From Calditrichia bacterium (GTDB lineage: Bacteria > Calditrichota > Calditrichia > RBG-13-44-9 > J075): a stretch of DNA of 64,000 bases. The stretch is from assembly GCA_050633245.1 (NCBI GenBank), contig JBOEGD010000022.1:32001-96000 (forward strand), read 5' to 3'. Positions 1 through 10,011 of this stretch are shown piece after piece. The translations under genes and the position numbers were made by a program. The notes beneath the pieces were generated by a model. That model saw only the letters and a program-made list of their open reading frames with translations. It was not told the origin of the DNA and did not search any database. How positions within the stretch are numbered: the first letter of the stretch is position 1; each line of letters opens with the position of its first letter.

Positions 1-221
1 GCGTTGGGGCAAACATTGCTGAAGGCTGCGGCAGAGGAAGCATGGCAGACAGGCGTCGAATGACAATTATTGCTCGCGGATCTATTTATGAGACGAAGCA
101 TTGGGTTAGACTTGCGCTTGAAAGGGCTTTCCTAAAAGAAAAAGCTGCGAGAGAGATTTTAATTGAAATTGAAAATCTCATCCCGCAGCTTAATGCGTAT
201 ATAAACTTCTTAAGTAAGTAG
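1..221 (+). CDS. Four helix bundle protein (TIGR02436/23S IVS-protein-like), 3' part only
   Basis: Not in the ORF track. Frame 3 reads VGANIAEGCGRGSMADRRRMTIIARGSIYETKHWVRLALERAFL...LNAYINFLSK*; ANIAEG.GR and A.GS..E are family hallmarks. Confidence 0.85.
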   Translation, partial: VGANIAEGCGRGSMADRRRMTIIARGSIYETKHWVRLALERAFLKEKAAREILIEIENLIPQLNAYINFLSK

Positions 222-231
222 GTTTTTCTTA

Positions 232-300
232 TTCTACCTCCTACAGCTCGCCGAAGGCGGGCGTCCCACCTCCAACCAGCTCCGAAGGAGCGACCTACCG
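232..300. repeat. CCTACC-like units interleaved with GAA-triloop mini-hairpins
   Basis: ctacctcctac, gctcgcc-GAA-ggcgggc, cccacctccaacc, gctcc-GAA-ggagc, cctacc. Related elements at 6289-6370 and 10012-10078. Confidence 0.6.
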
Positions 301-3012
301 CTATGCTTTTAGCGGATTCGGCTTCTCCGGATCAATTCCCAGTTCTTTAACAGCTTTGTTGACAACCGTTTTAGGAATATCACCACGCTTGGCCAGCTGA
401 GTAAGCACCGCAAGAACGATACACTCGGCATCCACTTCAAAGAAACGACGCAGGGCTTCGCGTGTTTCACTTCGACCAAAACCATCTGTTCCCAGTGCAT
501 ACAAACCACCCGGCACAAACTTATCCAGTTGATTTGGTAAGGATTTTATGTAATCCGATACCGCGATAAACGGACCGTCTTCTTTGGAAAGAAGTTCGGT
601 GATATAGGGAACCTTTGCCTTTTTGCTCGGATTAAGGAAATTCCAGCGCTCTGCGGCAATCGCATCGCGATAGAGTTCGTTGTAGCTGGTTGCACTCCAC
701 ACGTCGGCAGCAACATCATATTTCTCTTCCAGAATTTTCTGTGCACGCAATGCATCCGGCATCAGGGCGCCGCTTCCGAAGATATGTGCCTTTATGCGAG
801 CTTTGCGCTGGCCCTTAGCTTTGGCAGGTTTCTCAGAGAACTTATAAAGTCCTTTCAAAATGCCCTCTTCAATGCTCTTTTTCATGGCCGGCATGGCGTA
901 ATTCTGATTGTGAACCGTTAGATAGTAGAATACATCTTCACGCTTGTTATACATGCGATCCAAACCTTCATGCACAATCGTTGCCACTTCATAGGCAAAT
1001 GCAGGATCATAGGACAAGCAGTTCGGAACCGTGCTGGCCAATACATGACTATGACCATCTTCGTGCTGCAGACCTTCACCGTTTAGCGTGGTGCGTCCAG
1101 CCGTACCGCCGACCATAAAGCCACGTCCGCGCTGATCGCCAAATGCCCAAATCGCATCGCCGACGCGCTGGAAGCCAAACATCGAGTAGAAGATAAAGCA
1201 TGGAATCATGTCCACGCCGTAGTTGGCGTAAGCCGTTCCGGCAGCGGTAAAGGAAGCCATCGATCCGGCTTCGGTAATCCCTTCTTCCAGAATTTGTCCG
1301 TTTTTCGCTTCGCGGTAGTAGAGGAAGCTGTCTGCATCGACCGGCTCATAAAGCTGACCGCTATGTGCGTAAATTCCAATTTGACGGAAAAGGAAGTCCA
1401 TACCAAAGGTACGCGCTTCGTCCGGAACGATCGGCACTACGCGCTGACCAATTTTCGGATGCTTCACCATCATCGTTAGCATGCGCACGAAGGCCATGGT
1501 GGTAGATACTTCGCGGGTGCTGCCTTCCAGCAGCTCGCTGAAGTAGCTGATTTCCGGCGTCTCCTGTGGCTCTGTAAGCACCTTGCGCTGAGGAAGGAAT
1601 CCGCCCAGCTTACTACGCATATCTTTGATGTACTGAATTTCCGGACTCTTGTCGCCAGGATGATAGAACGGATAGTCTTTCAGTTTCTCATCGGTTACCG
1701 GGATCTCGAAGCGATCGCGGAAGGTGCGCATTTCTTCGAGACTCAGTTTCTTCTGCTGGTGCGTGGCGTTGCGACCTTCGCCGGCGGTTCCCAATCCGTA
1801 TCCCTTAATGGTGCGAGCGAGGATAACGGTTGGCTTGTCTACTGTGTCTTGCGCGTTCTTATAAGCAGCGTAGAGTTTACCGGAATCGTGTCCGCCAAGG
1901 CGCAGTTTCCATAACTGCTTATCGGATAGGTGCTCAACCAGTTCGCCCAGCTCAGGATATTTGTTCCAGAAGTGTTTACGCACGTAGGAACCATCTTCCA
2001 CGATGTATTTCTGAGAGTTTCCGTCAACGATTTCGTCGAGGCGCTTAATGAGATGGCCTTGCGTATCTGCCTGAAAGATCGGATCCCAATCTTCACCCCA
2101 GATTACCTTTAGCACGTTCCACTGAGCACCGCGGAAAACGGTTTCCAGTTCCTGAATGATTTTGCCGTTTCCACGAACCGGGCCGTCCAGGCGCTGTAGG
2201 TTACAGTTAATAACAAAAACCAAATTGCCGAGATTCTCGCGGCTGGCCAATGTAATGGCACCGAGGGATTCCGGCTCGTCGGTTTCACCGTCACCGAGGA
2301 AGGCATAGATTTTTTGCTGGCTGGTATCTTTTAGTCCACGATCGTGTAGATACTGCGCGAAGCGAGCCTGATAAATGGCAGAAATTGGTCCGAGTCCCAT
2401 CGAGACTGTTGGGAATTCCCAGAAGTCCGGCATTAGCCACGGATGCGGATAAGAGGAAAGGCCGCCGCCTTTTTCCAGCTCGCGACGAAAGGCGATCATC
2501 TTGTCTTCTTTGAGACGTCCTTCCAGATAAGCGCGTGCATAAATCCCGGGAGAAGCGTGTCCCTGAATATAAACCAGGTCGCCATCAAAGCCATCGCCCT
2601 TGCCGCGGAAGAAATGATTGAAGCCTACTTCATAAAGCATTGCAGCGGAAGCATAGGAAGAAATGTGACCGCCGATGCCTGGAAAATTTACGTTTGCGCG
2701 CACAACCATTGCAGTGGCGTTCCAGCGCAGTAAACGGCTAATACGTTTTTCAATTTCTTTGTCACCCGGATACTCGGGTTCATCTTCGACAGGAATGGTA
2801 TTGATATACGGCGTATTAGGGAAAAACGGGAGTTCATGCCCTCGGGAGTATAGACGCTGTAGCAGTTGCGTCATTAAATAACGCGCCCGGTCTTCGCCAC
2901 GATGGCGAATAACACCTTCAAGTGCTTCCAGCCATTCTGAGGTTTCCTCCGCGTCCATATCGCCATTCGCGCGAAGCATTTGAGTAAATTGTTCCAGGAC
3001 CTGATCTGCCAT
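301..3012 (-). CDS. aceE: Pyruvate dehydrogenase E1 component, homodimeric type
   Basis: Motifs GGHISSYAS, QGHASPGIYARA, FPTVSMGLGP, GDGETDEPES, NCNLQRLDGPVRGNGKI and GEGLQHEDGHSH. GGAGG RBS precedes ATG at 3012. Confidence 0.97.
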   Translation of the reverse strand: MADQVLEQFTQMLRANGDMDAEETSEWLEALEGVIRHRGEDRARYLMTQLLQRLYSRGHELPFFPNTPYINTIPVEDEPEYPGDKEIEKRISRLLRWNATAMVVRANVNFPGIGGHISSYASAAMLYEVGFNHFFRGKGDGFDGDLVYIQGHASPGIYARAYLEGRLKEDKMIAFRRELEKGGGLSSYPHPWLMPDFWEFPTVSMGLGPISAIYQARFAQYLHDRGLKDTSQQKIYAFLGDGETDEPESLGAITLASRENLGNLVFVINCNLQRLDGPVRGNGKIIQELETVFRGAQWNVLKVIWGEDWDPIFQADTQGHLIKRLDEIVDGNSQKYIVEDGSYVRKHFWNKYPELGELVEHLSDKQLWKLRLGGHDSGKLYAAYKNAQDTVDKPTVILARTIKGYGLGTAGEGRNATHQQKKLSLEEMRTFRDRFEIPVTDEKLKDYPFYHPGDKSPEIQYIKDMRSKLGGFLPQRKVLTEPQETPEISYFSELLEGSTREVSTTMAFVRMLTMMVKHPKIGQRVVPIVPDEARTFGMDFLFRQIGIYAHSGQLYEPVDADSFLYYREAKNGQILEEGITEAGSMASFTAAGTAYANYGVDMIPCFIFYSMFGFQRVGDAIWAFGDQRGRGFMVGGTAGRTTLNGEGLQHEDGHSHVLASTVPNCLSYDPAFAYEVATIVHEGLDRMYNKREDVFYYLTVHNQNYAMPAMKKSIEEGILKGLYKFSEKPAKAKGQRKARIKAHIFGSGALMPDALRAQKILEEKYDVAADVWSATSYNELYRDAIAAERWNFLNPSKKAKVPYITELLSKEDGPFIAVSDYIKSLPNQLDKFVPGGLYALGTDGFGRSETREALRRFFEVDAECIVLAVLTQLAKRGDIPKTVVNKAVKELGIDPEKPNPLKA

Positions 3013-3220
3013 TCTATTCCTCCGTAAGGCTGTCAAAAAAATGTGTCATACAAATAGAGTTCAATATAACTGATCGACCAGCATTTTACAAGTGGATACA
3101 GATGAATGACAATTGATAATTGTCCATTTACCATTGTTGCAATGTGCTGCGGACTTTTTTCGTGGTTACTAACGAGTGGAATGAAGAGAGTGCTTTAAAG
3201 AAATGGTCAACGATCTGTTT

Positions 3221-3342
3221 TGTCACGCCAAGCGGAGTCGAGGCGCTAAGCAATCGGTTTAAACTGTAGTGATTCGCGAAAATGTGCGCCTCGATTTCAC
3301 TCGGCACGACATTTTCGCTTGAATCTTAGCCAAAGCCTCCAA
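3221..3342. repeat. Dispersed REP/MITE-like inverted-repeat element, copy 1
   Basis: tgtcacgccaagcggagtcgaggcgc ... gcgcctcgatttcactcggcacgaca imperfect inverted repeat; homologous to 37598-37743. Confidence 0.65.
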
Positions 3343-3383
3343 CTCGTAATTTGCATTAATGGTCAATTGTCATTGTATAATTG

Positions 3384-4685
3384 TCAATTGCCAGCGCAGC
3401 CCGAATGAACGACCTTCCCCGCAATCAACACAGTGCATACATGTGTAACATATTCGAAAGGATCGCCGTCGTAGCAGACGATATCGGCTTCTTTGCCTTT
3501 TTCCAGTGAGCCGACCGTTTTATCGATACCAAGAATACGTGCTGGCTCAATAGTGATAGCGGCTAGAGCATCTTCGCGGGAGAGTCCATTCGCAGCAGCA
3601 ATGGCCGCTTCATAGAGAACCAGACGTGTTTTCGGTACATAGCTTTCATAGCCAGCCTGAAAGGCAAACGGAATACCGGCGGCCTTTAGCTTGGCAGCAG
3701 TTTCATACGATGCATTTTTGGTATCGCCCCAGTTGCGCGTCATCGTCGGGTGAATTAAGACCGGAACGCCGGCTGCCTTAATTTCATCGAGAACGAGATA
3801 GGCTTCGGCGGCGCCGTCAAGAATCAGCTTAAAGCCAAACTCCTTCGCAAGGCGTAGGGCGGTCATAATTTCGGTACTACGATGTGCTGTAATCAGCGCA
3901 GGCATCTTTCCATCGAGAACTTTTACCAGCGTTTCCATTGCCAGGCTGCGAGCAGGTTTCTTATCACCTTTTTTCGCCAGCTTCTTTTTGTATTCCATGG
4001 CTTTTAACAGCTCGGTGCGCAGCATGGCCACGCCTTTGGCGCGCGTTCCCGGCTTTTTATAGTTACGAGTGATGGTAGATCCGAGTGTCATCGTTGCCAT
4101 TACAGTAGAATCCAGCAGTGCATCGTCCAGGGTATTACCGACGGTTTTTACCAAAACGGACTGCCCGCTGACGAGTGCTCCGGGAGCGTGACCGGTATGC
4201 AGGGTCGTTACGCCGTGCTGACGAATAAACTCGACCAGCTTTTCGCGTGCATTATAGGCATCCATCGCCCGAAGCTCGGGCTGAATCGCGCTTGCCTTGT
4301 CGAGCTGATCCTGATCGTGCTTCTGATTGTAGTATCCAGCCAGTCCAACCACGGAGTGTGCATCGATGAGTCCGGGTGTAACTACCTCAGCCTCGATAAC
4401 TTTATATCCGGAAGGAATTTCTACTGAAGAAGCGGATCCAACATTTTCTATTTTGCCGTTCTTTACCAGCACGACACCATTGCTGATTGGTGCTCCGGCC
4501 ATGGTGTAAACCGTTTTGCCTTTAATGGCGGTTTGGGCGGATGCTACAGATATCACAGAAGTGAGCAGTAGGATAAGGGCAATAATTACGAACGGTGTTC
4601 TTCTAAGCGCCTCGCCTCCTCCCGGCGTGACATCTAGCGGTAGCATGCTACGAAAAATATTCTGTTTCTCTTTTATCCGGCTCAA
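3384..4685 (-). CDS. Amidohydrolase family protein (imidazolonepropionase-like), exported
   Basis: PGLIDAHS, ITIEPARILG and GSLEKGKEADIV motifs. True start may be downstream of 4685. Confidence 0.88.
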   Translation of the reverse strand: MSRIKEKQNIFRSMLPLDVTPGGGEALRRTPFVIIALILLLTSVISVASAQTAIKGKTVYTMAGAPISNGVVLVKNGKIENVGSASSVEIPSGYKVIEAEVVTPGLIDAHSVVGLAGYYNQKHDQDQLDKASAIQPELRAMDAYNAREKLVEFIRQHGVTTLHTGHAPGALVSGQSVLVKTVGNTLDDALLDSTVMATMTLGSTITRNYKKPGTRAKGVAMLRTELLKAMEYKKKLAKKGDKKPARSLAMETLVKVLDGKMPALITAHRSTEIMTALRLAKEFGFKLILDGAAEAYLVLDEIKAAGVPVLIHPTMTRNWGDTKNASYETAAKLKAAGIPFAFQAGYESYVPKTRLVLYEAAIAAANGLSREDALAAITIEPARILGIDKTVGSLEKGKEADIVCYDGDPFEYVTHVCTVLIAGKVVHSGCAGN

Positions 4686-5986
4686 TGTGCACCTCCGTGA
4701 TCATGCGCGTGAAACTCTCCGCGGAATACTTCATAGCCGCCGGTTGAATAGGGTCGTTGTTCCGGATTGCTGCGATCGTACATTAAATCACCTTCAACCC
4801 AGGTTTGCTCAATTTTAGTATAAACGCTCAGTGGGTCGCCGGAGAGGATGATAAAATCCGCATCTTTGCCCTTTTCGAGTGAACCGAGGCGATCCTGCAA
4901 GTCCAGCATACGGGCGCCGGCCAAGGTAACAGACTCAAGTGCTTTAGCGCGGGACATGCCGTGTTTTACACCGAATGCAGCCGAGCGTAGAAAGAGGCGC
5001 GAATCGGTTATGCTATCGTCAGTATGATATGCGACATCAACGCCAACGTCTTCGAGCGCTTTGCCGTTGATATTTAGCAGATTAATGGCTTCCAATTTTC
5101 CACCGGGTGAGTCAATGGCAATGATGGAGCAGGGAACGCCGGCAGCAGCAATCTCGTCGGCAACCATCCAGGCTTCACTCACGTGATGAAGCACCACGCG
5201 AAAGCCGAACTCTTTCGACAAACGCAACACCGTTAAAATGTCATCATGACGATGGGTATGATGATGGACAATGCGCTTGCCGTCTAAAACTTCAAGCAGA
5301 CCTTCCATGCGCAGATCGCGTTTTGGTGCGTCTTTTTTCTTGTCCTTCTTGGCCTTGTTTTGCTTCTCGCGGTACTCTTGCGCTTTTATGAACAGCTCTC
5401 TAACCAACGCAGCAGACTTTGCGCGGGTGCCGGAAAAAGGTGCATTTGCACGAATAGAGTTTGTCCCGTTAGCCATCTTCATTCCGCCGCAGACACCGTT
5501 GAGTGGATCTTCGCAAAACATCAAATCTTCAATCTTGCGGCCCTTTCGCAGTTTTACGTAGAGGGTCTGTCCGCTCATCAAATAGCCGGAGCCGGCCATG
5601 ATATTTGCGGTTGTCACACCACCAGCGCGGGCCTTCATAAATGAGTCGTTGAAAATATTGATGCCGTCTAATACGCGCACATCCGGGTGCAGTGTTGCCG
5701 AGCGATCGCCACCACTGACCTCACCAATATGCGAATGCGTATCAACCAGACCGGGCATAATTTGTCGGCCGGTTACATCATGGATGACTGCATTTGAAGG
5801 AATGGAGACCTTCGTTGCATCACCAACGGCTTTAATGACGCCGTTTTGAACAATCAGCACGCCATTCTCTATCGGGGCTGATGCAATTGGAAAAATCTTT
5901 GCACCGCGAAAGGCATGCGGTTTTTCCTGTGCAAGCAGTGCCGAAACCAGCAGCATAATGCACAAAGGGACAAGAAACAGTTTCAT
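4682..5986 (-). CDS. Amidohydrolase family protein, exported, His-rich C-terminus
   Basis: Signal peptide; PGLVDTHSH, HTHR, HTDD and GSLEKGKDADF motifs. Overlaps the start of the downstream paralog. Confidence 0.9.
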   Translation of the reverse strand: MKLFLVPLCIMLLVSALLAQEKPHAFRGAKIFPIASAPIENGVLIVQNGVIKAVGDATKVSIPSNAVIHDVTGRQIMPGLVDTHSHIGEVSGGDRSATLHPDVRVLDGINIFNDSFMKARAGGVTTANIMAGSGYLMSGQTLYVKLRKGRKIEDLMFCEDPLNGVCGGMKMANGTNSIRANAPFSGTRAKSAALVRELFIKAQEYREKQNKAKKDKKKDAPKRDLRMEGLLEVLDGKRIVHHHTHRHDDILTVLRLSKEFGFRVVLHHVSEAWMVADEIAAAGVPCSIIAIDSPGGKLEAINLLNINGKALEDVGVDVAYHTDDSITDSRLFLRSAAFGVKHGMSRAKALESVTLAGARMLDLQDRLGSLEKGKDADFIILSGDPLSVYTKIEQTWVEGDLMYDRSNPEQRPYSTGGYEVFRGEFHAHDHGGAH

Positions 5987-6100
5987 TGCGGATCCTCAAT
6001 TTGGGGTTGGAGAATTAGAATAATTGATTCACATGAAAGATGCAAGGACAACAGTGAACAGGCATTGGGAATCGGGGATCGAAGATCGAACAGACATAAG

Positions 6101-6250
6101 ATTAGAGACGGGAATTAACAGACGGGAATTAACAGACGGCAATTAACAGACGGCAAAGAACGGACGGCAATTAACAGACGGCAATTAACAGACGGCAATT
6201 AACAGACGGCAGAAAAAATGAGAAACAGGCAGAAACAGGCAGAAACAGTG
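6101..6250. repeat. Tandem repeats: 14-mer AATTAACAGACGGC (~7-8 copies) then 10-mer AGAAACAGGC (~3 copies)
   Basis: Directly visible in the sequence; no unique spacers. Confidence 0.92.
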
Positions 6251-6288
6251 AGAAGTCGCTCTATTCACAATTGTCTTTTTTCTCATAA

Positions 6289-6370
6289 GCGAAGCGCCCA
6301 ACCGGTCCCGACTTGTCGGGACGTCCTACCTCCCCACCAGCGTAGGCCGCAGGCCGGAGCATTCTACCTG
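6289..6370. repeat. CCTACC/mini-hairpin mosaic element
   Basis: GC-GAA-GC, gtcccgac-tt-gtcgggac, cctacctccccacc, ggcc-GCA-ggcc, ttctacc. Confidence 0.6.
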
Positions 6371-7549
6371 CTATTTCAACAAAATAAACTTCTTCGTCTG
6401 CTGTATGTCGCCGCTGGTGAGTTTGTAGAAGTATGTACCGCTTTCCAGTTCTGAGGCGTCGTAGCGTAACTCGTGGTAGCCAGCGCTTCGGTTATCGTCC
6501 AGAATAACCTCGATTGATTGCCCAAGCATATTGAAAATCTCGACTCGCACGCTGCGCGTTTCCGGAAGCGTGAAGGCGATAGTTGTAGAAGGATTAAATG
6601 GGTTTGGATAATTTTGTTCAAGTTTAAACCCGGATGGAATAAGATTGGTCGGCAGAATTCCTACAGCCGGGCCCAAAGGCAGAATTTCTTCGACAATATC
6701 AAGCGCGAACCGAGTCGTATCAAATCCCCCAAGAACATACAAGCTGTTCTGATACGTCACATCCGTAATCCACTGGCGCCGTGCACTCATTGTAAACTGA
6801 TCATATTGCCAGTTGTCCAGTGTGGGATCATAAACCAGCAGGGCGTCACTGGGATTATCCGGATCTTCATCATTGCCGCCACCGACATAATAAATTCTAT
6901 TGTTTAAGACGGCGATAACGCCGGACAGAAGTTTTTGCGGCATTGTTGCCAGCGGTGTCCAGTTGTCTTGTGAAGGAGAATATCTTTGCAGAGTGCTATC
7001 ATTATAGCCGACGAGATAAATCTCATCCTGATAAACTGTAGAGCTGAGACCGAAGGTAGCAGTAGTTGAATTATTAGATTTGTCCTGCCAATTGTCTGTT
7101 GCCGGATTGTATTGGTAGACAAAACCGAAGGGGTGAAAGAGGTAAATTAAACTGTCAACAACCTCTGCTGTACATCCCCATGGGCGAAAGTTTGGGCTGG
7201 GGGAGAGATATGTCCAGGTGCCGGTTGGCAGGTGATACTTTCGGAGCAGCTCGCTGCCACCGGGCCACCCGCTCATCAAATAGACATCATCTCCCAACAC
7301 TACAGATTCCATATCCCAAACAGCTGCATCAGGAATAGTGTCATGCAGGGTCCATGAAACGCCGTCGAATTTATACACGTTGAGTGAGGCGAGACTGCCG
7401 TTAAAATCTTCGGCTCCACCAAAATAGTAAATAGAATCGTTCCACACTTCAGCGGTACCAGCCCCGAGGGCTACCGGTAGGTTCGGGGGCGTTTGAGCTG
7501 ATAGAATGGTCGAGCAAAGTATTGAAAAAAACAGGATGATTATTTTCAT
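6371..7549 (-). CDS. Kelch-repeat beta-propeller protein with T9SS type A-like CTD
   Basis: Signal peptide; repeated IYxxGG...YDP..DNW Kelch units; C-terminal QNYPNPFNPSTTI...GTYFYKL...TKKFILLK. Confidence 0.88.
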   Translation of the reverse strand: MKIIILFFSILCSTILSAQTPPNLPVALGAGTAEVWNDSIYYFGGAEDFNGSLASLNVYKFDGVSWTLHDTIPDAAVWDMESVVLGDDVYLMSGWPGGSELLRKYHLPTGTWTYLSPSPNFRPWGCTAEVVDSLIYLFHPFGFVYQYNPATDNWQDKSNNSTTATFGLSSTVYQDEIYLVGYNDSTLQRYSPSQDNWTPLATMPQKLLSGVIAVLNNRIYYVGGGNDEDPDNPSDALLVYDPTLDNWQYDQFTMSARRQWITDVTYQNSLYVLGGFDTTRFALDIVEEILPLGPAVGILPTNLIPSGFKLEQNYPNPFNPSTTIAFTLPETRSVRVEIFNMLGQSIEVILDDNRSAGYHELRYDASELESGTYFYKLTSGDIQQTKKFILLK

Positions 7550-7648
7550 CTGACTTCCTCCGGAATTGCTTTCGTAGTTCTTATGTGGAAAGCTAATCAG
7601 ATAGAAAAAGGAGGACTAATACTGTAGCGACAGCTTTTGACACGGAAA

Positions 7649-7684
7649 AGCCATAGCGTCGCACAATTGTGCGGCGCTATGGCT
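7649..7684. terminator. Palindrome (terminator or REP-like) with GCACAATTGTGC core
   Basis: agccatagcgtcgcacaattgtgcggcgctatggct after the stop of the M23-like gene; the same core occurs at 12159-12174. Confidence 0.6.
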
Positions 7685-7690
7685 GGCACA

Positions 7691-9934
7691 TTATTTCAAC
7701 AAAATAAACTTCTTCGTCTGTTCTACATCGCCACTGGTGAGCTTGTAGAAATACGTACCGCTTTTCAGATTTGAGGCGTCATAGTTCAGTTCGTAGAAGC
7801 CGGCATTACGTTTACCATCGAGAATAACGTCTAGCGATTGCCCCAGCGTGTTGAAAATTTCAATGCGCACTCTGCGTGATTCCGGCAGAGTAAATGCAAT
7901 TGTCGTGGATGGATTAAACGGGTTCGGATAGTTTTGCAATAGTTCCAGCGTTTGTGGCACAACTTCCCCGGGATCGACGCTGGTAACTATGCCATTATTG
8001 AAAGTAACGTCCATGCTGTCTGTAGTGGAATTGCCGTGTTGATCCAGCGCTTCAACATAGATGCGATAGTCACCGTCTACATGTGCAGCGGTGTTGAAAG
8101 CCAGATTCTCTTCTGAAAGTACGGCCAGGCTATCGCCATTGTTATTGGTCAGCAGATGATAGTAATTGCGCTGCTCATCGTTCCAGCTACTCGGCAACAG
8201 CATACCATCGCTCTTGTATATCAGCGGCGCATAAAGCGTGTAGTGCCCGGAATTATACTCCTCAAACTGATGGCTGAGGCGCTGTCCGAGCGTGCGTGGA
8301 TGAACCAATACACCGTCGGATATTTTTCGTACCCAGTAAAAAGTTTCATAAGCCGGTTGTTGCCAGGTTGACTGACCGATATAGTCTACAACCTTGCAAA
8401 TAATATCAATCTCGCCGGACAGATTGTTTGGTGATAGATAAGTGCTGGTTTCGTTTAGGCAGAAGGCAAACTTCTCGTTCGGAAAGACATCTTCCAACAC
8501 CGGGGCAATAATGTCTTCATTGGGACGCAGCACTTCCAGTGGGTTAAACGTAATTCCCCACTCGTTGTCCTCATATCGCCAGACCAAACCAGAGTCCTCA
8601 ATTTCCACAAAGTGAATATGTCCCCAGTCGGAAGTCCAGGCAATGATGTCACCGATATAGTCATGGACTTGAACCGTATCGCCAACGGCAACCATAATAC
8701 TATTTTCGATGAGATGCGCATATAGCCAGCCGCGCGAAAAGTCGGCAGTCTGTTCCTGACTGGTTGCTACACGCCAATAGGCGGCGCCACCAAGCGTGAG
8801 CACACATTTTACCAGACCGTTAGTTACGGCATAGGTTGGTTCTGCTATTGGAATAATCATATCCAGACCCTGGTGCATGTAGCGATTGGAACCGCCAAGA
8901 CCCATATGCTGCTCATAATAATTCCACACGGTGTGCATGCTGTCGAACGGCACGAATGGCCAGGGAATAGTTGTAGTTTCCTGCTTATTTTCCGTTTCAT
9001 TCTCAAATGTTTGAAAGCGTTTCTCCGCTCCATTGGCGGCAGTAGTTTTAACACCGCTCTCATTATAAAGCTGTATACTACCGCGTGAAAGACCTTCAGA
9101 GCGATCAAGATAATGAATACCGGTAACGAGTTGATCTTGCACAAAGCGTAGATCGCGGAAGGATTCTTTTCCTTGCAAGGATGATGTGAATATCTGCTGT
9201 TTCGAATTAAGATTGTAGACCTTCAGGTTCCGCTTGTCGATTATTGCCAGCGATTGTTGGTTAGCCGAGAGTGCAATTTTTCTTGGGTAGAGAAAATCGG
9301 TTTCGGTTGAAAACAGCTTATTTTTCTTTTCAAATACGCTGAGTTTTTTTCCGCGAGCAATGGCAACCATTTCGCCTGCGATAGCAAACTGATCTGCTGG
9401 TGGGTAAAGCGTGCGGCTTTTATTAAGTGGATTGATAACGTGCAGATTGCCATCGCCATTCACGCCGAAGCGCTGCCCGTCATCCGAGAAACCAAACAAA
9501 CTGGCGCGTTTAAAGCTTGTGCGGTGGAGCTTTTTTCCATCTTTGGTTGTAAAGCGAATTCCAACGCCGTTCGCATTATGAATTTCCACTTCCATTAGTG
9601 CGAGTATTCCACTATTTGAAACGTATAGATCGGCTGCATTCGGTTCATCTAAACTGTAAACCAACTGACCATTTTCAAATACTCGCAGGTTGCGTAGCTC
9701 TCGTCCGCCATGGCCGTCGCGCTGCATCAGCATATCGCTTGCAGGTAGGTCGTAGGTCAACCGGAAAACTCCGTTGGCAGACCATGCTTCATTGCCTGCG
9801 GCTTGTGCAAATGTGCCGTTTGGCTGAAGTGAGAGAGATTGAACCAGTGCTTCAGCAGAGTGCTCTTCTGCGATAGCCGTAAGCATTATGCTGCTCAAAA
9901 ATAGAAATGCGACGATGCGATAAAATGAGGTCAT
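7691..9934 (-). CDS. Secreted M23-like metallopeptidase domain protein with N-terminal beta-rich region and T9SS type A-like CTD
   Basis: HQGLD (HxxxD), YAHL, VAVGDTV and HIHF (HxH) motifs; CTD QNYPNPFNPST. GGAG RBS before ATG at 9934. Confidence 0.78.
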   Translation of the reverse strand: MTSFYRIVAFLFLSSIMLTAIAEEHSAEALVQSLSLQPNGTFAQAAGNEAWSANGVFRLTYDLPASDMLMQRDGHGGRELRNLRVFENGQLVYSLDEPNAADLYVSNSGILALMEVEIHNANGVGIRFTTKDGKKLHRTSFKRASLFGFSDDGQRFGVNGDGNLHVINPLNKSRTLYPPADQFAIAGEMVAIARGKKLSVFEKKNKLFSTETDFLYPRKIALSANQQSLAIIDKRNLKVYNLNSKQQIFTSSLQGKESFRDLRFVQDQLVTGIHYLDRSEGLSRGSIQLYNESGVKTTAANGAEKRFQTFENETENKQETTTIPWPFVPFDSMHTVWNYYEQHMGLGGSNRYMHQGLDMIIPIAEPTYAVTNGLVKCVLTLGGAAYWRVATSQEQTADFSRGWLYAHLIENSIMVAVGDTVQVHDYIGDIIAWTSDWGHIHFVEIEDSGLVWRYEDNEWGITFNPLEVLRPNEDIIAPVLEDVFPNEKFAFCLNETSTYLSPNNLSGEIDIICKVVDYIGQSTWQQPAYETFYWVRKISDGVLVHPRTLGQRLSHQFEEYNSGHYTLYAPLIYKSDGMLLPSSWNDEQRNYYHLLTNNNGDSLAVLSEENLAFNTAAHVDGDYRIYVEALDQHGNSTTDSMDVTFNNGIVTSVDPGEVVPQTLELLQNYPNPFNPSTTIAFTLPESRRVRIEIFNTLGQSLDVILDGKRNAGFYELNYDASNLKSGTYFYKLTSGDVEQTKKFILLK

Positions 9935-10011
9935 GCGATTCTCCATGCAAGTGTGATGCTGAAAACTAGGAAGTTGTCTATGCAGAAGCAATGGGGGAGA
10001 TTACAAAAATA

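Noticed and set aside
1-221. DGR accessory protein Avd
   Set aside because: No reverse transcriptase or TR/VR pair in the window; the motif fits the generic four-helix-bundle family.
6101-6250. Possible CRISPR array
   Set aside because: Head-to-tail 14-mers without spacers, and no cas genes.
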